Shown: piece by piece, positions 23,501 through 28,656 of the stretch
Position numbering within the stretch: the first letter of the stretch is position 1
How the letters are laid out: the number at the start of each line of letters is the position of its first letter
DNA from: Candidatus Scatoplasma merdavium
Lineage (GTDB): Bacteria; Bacillota_I; Bacilli_A; RFN20; CAG-288
Assembly (NCBI GenBank): GCA_017694135.1
Contig: JADING010000051.1
Span: forward strand, 1 to 28,656
Direction of reading: 5' to 3'
Length of the DNA: 28,656 nt
Made by a program: the position numbers and the translations under genes
The notes under the pieces: model-generated
Told to the model about the DNA's origin: nothing
The model's input: the letters and a program-made list of their open reading frames with translations, nothing else
Databases searched by the model: none

Positions 23501-24236
23501 CTTAGGTATGGCTTGTAAGAAGCTCGGTGGATTGAAGGTCGCTACTCCGGTATTCGATGGTATATCTAACGAAGAAATCATGACCATGATGAAAGCTGCC
23601 GGTATGGATGAAGATGGCAAATCTGTCTTGTATTCTGGTGAAACCGGTGAGAGGTTTGATGCGAGAGTCAATGTCGGTGTCATGTATATGATTAAGCTCG
23701 TTCACATGGTTGACGATAAGCTCCACGCTCGTTCAGTTGGTCCTTACTCGTTGGTCACTCAACAACCTTTGGGCGGTAAAGCTCAAAACGGTGGTCAGCG
23801 TTTCGGTGAAATGGAAGTTTGGGCTTTGGAAGCTTACGGTGCTGCTCATGTCTTGCAAGAAATGCTCACTATTAAATCCGATGATATGATTGGGCGTAAC
23901 AAGTGCTATGAAGCTATCTTAAAAGGCCATCCGATCGAAAAGCCTAATATGCCGGAATCCTTCCGTGTTTTGATTAAAGAGCTTCAGTCTCTTGCTATCG
24001 ATGTTCGCTTGTATGAAAAAGATGATAGCGGCGAAGAAAAAGAAGTCGATATCTCTTCTATCACCAGCGATACGATGAACACTGTTCGCAACATCAAACA
24101 CAATATTCAAACTATGGGTGAAAACGCCTCACACGAAGAAACTTCCGCGCAGGAAGAAGAAATTGATGATGACGATATTCACAGATCGTTGCTTCACATC
24201 GTCGAAACAATGGGCGATGATAACGGCAACGAATAA
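20577..24236 (+). CDS. rpoB: DNA-directed RNA polymerase subunit beta
   Basis: [64 protein letters not shown]. Confidence 0.99.
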   Translation: MKTFEEIFAGKKIRYLENNRADFSKISGQLPLPYLCEIQTASFQWLLDEGIEEVLKDFFPIKNSDETMELDYVSLSFGEPKNDYFECKSSSLTYSAPLHVVLRLKRADGTMQEGKIFMGDFPMMTQSGTFIINGVEKVVESQIVRSSGAYMHKDEIAASASYIYGADIIPQRGTWLEFLSDPKGVLYVRIDKQKKVSASVLLRALGLVDDADILALFGDNSMLVHTLEKNPAPNDGRDISIDALKIIYSKLRPGEPVEDSDVARQIRTRFFNHRNYDLGPAGRFKINKKLGIYNRLIGATLAEDLISANGEVVYEAGTTLSRDMVLKLAEEHFFEAGAHVYNFPLNFDLDDHNIVNIVKVYADEDQTKIVNVVGNNMNNQEEFVTASDIIACFSYFTNIIDGVGTIDDIDHLGNRRIRSVGELIQNQFRTGLSRMERIISDKMSVSKDKENVTPEQLINIKPLTSAIREFFNVSQLSQFMDQTNPLSELANKRRISALGPGGLTRDRASFEVRDVHYSHYGRICPIETPEGQNIGLISNLACYAKINKYGFIETPYRRVKDKVVSDVTDYLSADEERSHIIAQANVNLDENHTITDERVLARYNGDTIMARAEDVDYIDVSPKQIVSISSACIPFLENDDSTRAQMGGNMQRQALPLLRPHAPYVGTGLEHKIAKDSGFAVIAQNDLVVSYVDGTRIDTLEGENKVPHTYKLRKFMRSNQGTCINQKPIVKVGQFVKKGEILADGPAMDNGDLALGQNVVIAFTTWHGYNYEDAVIISQRLVKEDTYTTLHIVEYSIDRRKTKNGKEQFTADVPNISPKMKAHLDADGIIVPGSEVKEGEILVGKTSPKGDTEASPEEKLLQSIFLAKSKDQKDTSFRVPHGGGGIVLDVKRFSRENGDELQPNVLETVKVLVVQKRKISEGDKMSGRHGNKGVISRIVREEDMPYLEDGTPVDILLNPLGVPSRMNIGQILEVHLGMACKKLGGLKVATPVFDGISNEEIMTMMKAAGMDEDGKSVLYSGETGERFDARVNVGVMYMIKLVHMVDDKLHARSVGPYSLVTQQPLGGKAQNGGQRFGEMEVWALEAYGAAHVLQEMLTIKSDDMIGRNKCYEAILKGHPIEKPNMPESFRVLIKELQSLAIDVRLYEKDDSGEEKEVDISSITSDTMNTVRNIKHNIQTMGENASHEETSAQEEEIDDDDIHRSLLHIVETMGDDNGNE

Positions 24237-24253
24237 TTAAGGAGGTCAGCAAC

Positions 24254-27200
24254 GTGTTCGATTTAAATAAACTCACTTCAATTCAAGTTAAACTTGCCTC
24301 CCCGGAAACTATTAACTCCTGGTCTCACGGTGAAGTTAAGAATCCGGAAACTATCAACTATCGCACTCAACGTCCGGAACCCGATGGTCTTTTCTGCGAA
24401 AAGATCTTTGGTCCTACTAAGGACTACCAGTGCTATTGCGGTAAATACCGCAAACCTCGCAATTCTGGTATTGTCTGCGAAAAGTGCGGTGTTGAAGTTA
24501 CAACTAAAGCTGTTCGTCGTGAAAGAATGGGGCATATTAAGCTCTATTCGCCTTGTACGCACATTTGGTACTTAAAAGGCACTCCTTCGCGCATCTCGGT
24601 TTTGCTTAATATTCCTCCTAAACAAGTTGAGGAAGTTATTTACTACGCTTCTCACATCGTTTTAAATCCTGGTACTTCGAAGATTCTCTTCAAAGGGGAA
24701 GTTTTAAATGAACGCGATGCCAGAGAGCAGTTTATCAAAGTTATCGAAGATTTATTGAACTCTAATATCGCGACTGATATCATTCGCGGTCAAGAGTTAT
24801 TAGGCCGCTTGAAATCACCGGATATCCCTGTTGATTTCACGACTACTTCTAAATACATCAACACTTATACCGGCGCTGAATTTGATTGGGGTGCCGCTGC
24901 TATTCAGAAGCTTTTGAAAGAAGTTGACTTAGACAGCGAATTTGAAAAGATTCAAGCGGAATTGAAAACCACTAATTCTCCGAAGAATCAAAAGAGAGTC
25001 AAACTCTTGAAGCGCTTGGAATTAGTCGATGCTTTCCGCCGCTCTAAAAACGATCCTTCTTGGATGGTTTTAACTATCCTTCCGGTTATGCCGCCTGACC
25101 TTCGTCCGATGCTTCCGCTCGATGGAGGACGTTACGCTGCTTCAGATTTAAACGATCTTTATCGCCGCGTTATTATGCGTAATAATCGTTTGAAGAAATT
25201 CATCGATATTCGCGCTCCGCAGATCATTACCATTAACGAAAAGCGTATGCTTCAAGAAGCTGTTGACGCTTTGATTGATAACGGACGCCGTTCTAAGCCG
25301 GTTACCGGTGGTGGAAATCGCCCGCTTAAGTCTCTTTCCAGCCAGCTTAAAGGTAAACAAGGTCGTTTCAGACAGAACCTTTTAGGTAAGCGTGTCGATT
25401 ACTCTGGCCGTTCGGTTATCGCTGTTGGTCCTACTTTGAACATGGATGAATGCGGTATTCCTCGTGAAATGGCTATCAATTTATTCCGTCCGTTTATCGC
25501 TGGTAAGCTCATGGCTGACAAAGTTGCTTCAACCCGCAAACAGGCTGATACAATGATTGACCAGCTAGATGAAAAGGTCTTTGATGCTATTGAAGAAATT
25601 ATTTCTGAGCATCCGGTTTTGCTTAACCGCGCTCCGACTTTGCACCGTTTAGGTATTCAAGCTTTCCGCCCGAAACTTGTCGAAGGACGCGCCATTCGTC
25701 TTCACCCGTTAGTCTGTACCGGATTTAACGCTGACTTTGATGGTGACCAGATGGCTGTTCACGTTCCTTTGTCAAAGAAGGCTCAGCAGGAAGCTATCGA
25801 GTTGATGATCGCTAATCACAACATCTTGGGTCCGAAAGATGGTAAACCTATCTGTATTCCTTCCCAGGATATGTTGCTTGGTAACTACTATTTGACAATG
25901 GAAGAAGACAAAGCCGGTCTCTCTCAACGCGCCAAATATTACCGTCAGCACAACGATGAAGAAGAAGCGAAACATTACGACAATTACATAATTTCGGAAG
26001 GTAAGGTCTTTAAAGACTACAACGAAGTTATGTTGGCTTACTTCAACCACGATGTTTCCTTGCATTCTCGCATCGCTATCCGCGCTTCATCTTTAAAGAA
26101 GAACTACTTCAATAAAGCGATGAAGTCTTCTTACTTGTTAACTACTCCTGGTAAGCTCATCTTTAACTCTATTTACCCTGAAGATTTCCCGTATATCAAC
26201 GGGGCAGAAGATTGCAAGTTTACTCACAACGGTCAACCTTCTTTAATTGAAACTGATGAGAACTATCTTCCGGCTGGGTTTGTTCCTTACGGAACTAATT
26301 TAGTAGAAGCTATTGAAGCCACTCCGCTTCACAAGCCTATCTCTAAAGATGAAATTACCGATATTATTACCGAACTCTTCTACCGTTACCACGCGGAGAT
26401 GACTTCTCATATCTTAGACGCAATTAAGAACCTCGGATTTGAATATTCAACTATCTCTGGTATCACTGTTGCTCTCTCGGATATTTCCGCTAAAACTTCC
26501 GATGGTTCGACCTCGCCTTTAGCTGATAAACAGCAACTGTTTGATCAAGCTAACGAAAAGATCAACAAGTGGCGTGAACAAGCTGATGAAGGTGAACTTT
26601 CTGAAGAAGAAAGATACAACCGCGTTGTTCAAGAATGGCAGAGAGTTTCTTCCGAAGTCTCGAACCGCGTTAAAACCCTTATTTCTCACGAAACCAATAA
26701 CCCGGTCTTCATTATGTCCGCTTCTGGTGCTCGTGGTAAGTTAACTAACTTCGTTCAGTTGATTGGTATGAAGGGCTTAATGGCTAAACCAGATGGTTCG
26801 GCTATTGAAATTCCTATTCTTTCGAACTTTAGAGATGGTTTGACTGTTTCCGAGTTCTTTACTGCTACTCACGGTGCGCGTAAGACCGGTACAGATACAG
26901 CCTTAAAGACCGCTGACTCTGGTTATTTAACTAGACGTTTAATCGACGTTTCTCACGATGTTATTGTCAGGGAAGAAGACTGCGGCTGTGACCACGGTAT
27001 TATTGTTTCTGACATTATGTCGAGAGAAGCTCATCCGGATGATGATATCAAGGGTCAACATCCTGAGGTTATCGTTTCTTTAGAAGAAAGATTAATCGGG
27101 CGTTTCACCGTTCACGATGTTATCAATCCTTCTACCAACGAAGTCATTGTTCCTGCTAATACAATGATTTCAGAGAATCAAGCTTCAGAAATTGTCAAAG

Positions 27201-28255
27201 CTGGCATCAAACAGGTTGAGATTCGCTCTTTGTTTACTTGCGAAACCAAAGATGGTGTTTGTGTCCACTGCTACGGACGCAACTTAGCTACTGGCCGTTT
27301 GGCTCAAATTGGCGATGCTGTTGGTATTATGGCAGCTCAATCTATTGGTGAACCTGGTACTCAGCTCACTTTGAAGAACTTCCACTCTGGTGGTGTTGCT
27401 GGTTCTGACGATATCACTCAAGGTCTCCCGCGTGTTCAGGAAGTCTTAGAAGCTCGTAACCCTAAAGGTGAGGCTTTAATTAGCGATATTCCTGGTTACG
27501 TCAGCGCTATTGAGACTCACGATAAAGATAAGAAGATTTACGATATTACTATCGTTAACGATAAAGTTAATCTTAACAAAGGTGGAATCGAAGTCTACGA
27601 AGAAAAGACTTACACCACTAACGCTCACGCGAATGTCATCGTTGAGGTTAACCAACGCGTTAAAGCTGGCCAAAAGCTCACTTCTGGTGCTATTGATCCT
27701 AAGAAGTTATTGGCTGCTACTTCGGTTAGCGAAGTTGAAGCCTACTTGTTAGAAGAAGTCGAAAAGGTTTATCGCAACCAAGGTATTGGCATCTCTGATA
27801 AGCACATTGAAGTTATCGCTAAGCAGATGCTTAGAAAGATGCTCGTTATTGAATCTGGTGACACTGATTTGTTGCCTGGTTCGAGAGTCGATATCGTCGA
27901 TTTCACTTCTGCTAACAATAAAGTCTTATTAGAAGGTAAGCGTCCGGCGGTTGGAAGTCCGATTGTCTTAGGTATTACTAAGGCTGCCTTGGATACCAAT
28001 TCCTTCTTGTCTTCCGCTTCATTCCAAGAAACCACTCGTGTTTTAACAGATGCGGCAGTTAAGGGTAGAGTCGATCATCTCCACGGCTTGAAAGAGAACG
28101 TTATGATCGGTAAGCTTATCCCGGCTGGTACTGGTTTCTACGGTGATACTACTGAAGAAACTTTAGATAGCAACCCTTATATTAAGAATTCCCGTGAATC
28201 TGAGCTCGAGGAAGAGGAAGAGACTTCTTCTCTTGAATCCGATTACGATTTCTAA
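24254..28255 (+). CDS. rpoC: DNA-directed RNA polymerase subunit beta'
   Basis: GTG start with GGAGG RBS; zinc ribbon, GKRVDYSGRSVI, catalytic NADFDGDQM, SIGEPGTQLT, GLKENVMIGKLIPAGTG. Confidence 0.99.
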   Translation: MFDLNKLTSIQVKLASPETINSWSHGEVKNPETINYRTQRPEPDGLFCEKIFGPTKDYQCYCGKYRKPRNSGIVCEKCGVEVTTKAVRRERMGHIKLYSPCTHIWYLKGTPSRISVLLNIPPKQVEEVIYYASHIVLNPGTSKILFKGEVLNERDAREQFIKVIEDLLNSNIATDIIRGQELLGRLKSPDIPVDFTTTSKYINTYTGAEFDWGAAAIQKLLKEVDLDSEFEKIQAELKTTNSPKNQKRVKLLKRLELVDAFRRSKNDPSWMVLTILPVMPPDLRPMLPLDGGRYAASDLNDLYRRVIMRNNRLKKFIDIRAPQIITINEKRMLQEAVDALIDNGRRSKPVTGGGNRPLKSLSSQLKGKQGRFRQNLLGKRVDYSGRSVIAVGPTLNMDECGIPREMAINLFRPFIAGKLMADKVASTRKQADTMIDQLDEKVFDAIEEIISEHPVLLNRAPTLHRLGIQAFRPKLVEGRAIRLHPLVCTGFNADFDGDQMAVHVPLSKKAQQEAIELMIANHNILGPKDGKPICIPSQDMLLGNYYLTMEEDKAGLSQRAKYYRQHNDEEEAKHYDNYIISEGKVFKDYNEVMLAYFNHDVSLHSRIAIRASSLKKNYFNKAMKSSYLLTTPGKLIFNSIYPEDFPYINGAEDCKFTHNGQPSLIETDENYLPAGFVPYGTNLVEAIEATPLHKPISKDEITDIITELFYRYHAEMTSHILDAIKNLGFEYSTISGITVALSDISAKTSDGSTSPLADKQQLFDQANEKINKWREQADEGELSEEERYNRVVQEWQRVSSEVSNRVKTLISHETNNPVFIMSASGARGKLTNFVQLIGMKGLMAKPDGSAIEIPILSNFRDGLTVSEFFTATHGARKTGTDTALKTADSGYLTRRLIDVSHDVIVREEDCGCDHGIIVSDIMSREAHPDDDIKGQHPEVIVSLEERLIGRFTVHDVINPSTNEVIVPANTMISENQASEIVKAGIKQVEIRSLFTCETKDGVCVHCYGRNLATGRLAQIGDAVGIMAAQSIGEPGTQLTLKNFHSGGVAGSDDITQGLPRVQEVLEARNPKGEALISDIPGYVSAIETHDKDKKIYDITIVNDKVNLNKGGIEVYEEKTYTTNAHANVIVEVNQRVKAGQKLTSGAIDPKKLLAATSVSEVEAYLLEEVEKVYRNQGIGISDKHIEVIAKQMLRKMLVIESGDTDLLPGSRVDIVDFTSANNKVLLEGKRPAVGSPIVLGITKAALDTNSFLSSASFQETTRVLTDAAVKGRVDHLHGLKENVMIGKLIPAGTGFYGDTTEETLDSNPYIKNSRESELEEEEETSSLESDYDF

Positions 28256-28264
28256 ATTAAACTT

Positions 28265-28299
28265 AAAAGGATGGATTAGTAATTAGTCCATCCTTTTTC
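28265..28299 (+). terminator. Intrinsic terminator after rpoC (likely bidirectional)
   Basis: aaaa-ggatggatta-gtaat-tagtccatcc-ttttt. Confidence 0.9.
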
Positions 28300-28380
28300 T
28301 TATGGTTAGATTAGATACTTTTGTTCTTCTTTACAGGCATTAGAGAAAATATTTTAAAGTAAGTCCGAACTAGAGGTTAA

Positions 28381-28423
28381 TCAACTGCTTATAATTAAAT
28401 ACTTATACTTTAATATCAATATC
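28381..28423 (+). repeat. Dispersed 43-bp direct repeat, copy 2 (partner at 897-939)
   Basis: 38/43 identity to 897-939, same orientation. Confidence 0.85.
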
Positions 28424-28434
28424 TAAAATTTGAT

Positions 28435-28656
28435 TTATTTGTCTTTGTTTAAGGCTAAAATTATGGCTGAAGCGTATTTTTCTTTTCTTTTTTGTAGAAA
28501 AGATTTGTATATAGGGTAGTTAGTTGACACCATGATGATGCCGAGAATGCCGATGATGATTCCTAAGACCATCATTGTTGTTCCGCTTCCGATAACTTCC
28601 ATCGCTAAACACATACCGATGCCTAAGATTAAAGCTCCGATAATCCCGTAAATGTA
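28435..28656 (-). CDS. Two-TM hypothetical membrane protein (5'-truncated; absent from the ORF track)
   Basis: Open from the window end: YIYGIIGALILGIGMCLAMEVIGSGTTMMVLGIIIGILGIIMVSTNYPIYKSFLQKRKEKYASAIILALNKDK-stop (73 aa). Confidence 0.8.
   Translation of the reverse strand, partial: YIYGIIGALILGIGMCLAMEVIGSGTTMMVLGIIIGILGIIMVSTNYPIYKSFLQKRKEKYASAIILALNKDK

Noticed and set aside
897-28423. The whole interval as an excisable genomic island bounded by att repeats
   Set aside because: It contains essential single-copy genes (rpoBC, ribosomal proteins, tRNA) and no recombinase; the repeat is real but this reading is unsupported.
1-28656. CRISPR array, integrase, transposase or phage genes
   Set aside because: No regularly spaced repeat-spacer units and no recognisable recombinase, transposase or structural motifs in any ORF.
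1-28656. Genetic code 4 (TGA=Trp) as in Mycoplasma
   Set aside because: Long conserved genes are fully open under code 11 with Trp as TGG, and TGA terminates the ORFs ending at 824 and 2356 at plausible family ends.

Overview
Window from a low-GC, Mollicutes-related Bacilli genome using code 11 (TGG=Trp, TGA=stop). An RF39/RFN20-like gut lineage is inferred from RpoB/L11 signatures, not proven. Left to right: a 5'-truncated, very AT-rich AAA+/DUF4143 gene; tRNA-Ser(GCT) on the minus strand; a coupled pair of large-loop RDD membrane proteins; a ~14 kb nine-gene operon (3655-17649); an AT-rich gap; rplK-rplA-rplJ-rplL-rpoB-rpoC with L1-site and L10 leader RNAs; and a truncated minus-strand membrane protein. 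The best candidate for a new system is the operon. It encodes a MalK-type ATPase with a ~273-aa insertion, two CUT1 permeases, two paralogous solute-binding lipoproteins, a lipoprotein with an intact staphylococcal-nuclease active site plus putative OB folds, a zinc-ribbon 2-TM protein, and a multi-OB-fold/Ig lipoprotein whose C-terminus is frameshifted by an exact 14-nt tandem duplication. I read it as an expanded surface machine for capturing, degrading and importing nucleic acid, related to the Mycoplasma MG186-MG189/mhp379 nuclease-ABC operons. Other notable signals: a 43-bp ~88% identical direct repeat at both ends of the window, RpoB H526N (intrinsic rifampicin insensitivity), non-canonical RpoC bridge-helix and trigger-loop residues, and an L11 lacking the thiopeptide-binding prolines. 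All domain calls are by-eye motif recognition; no searches were run.
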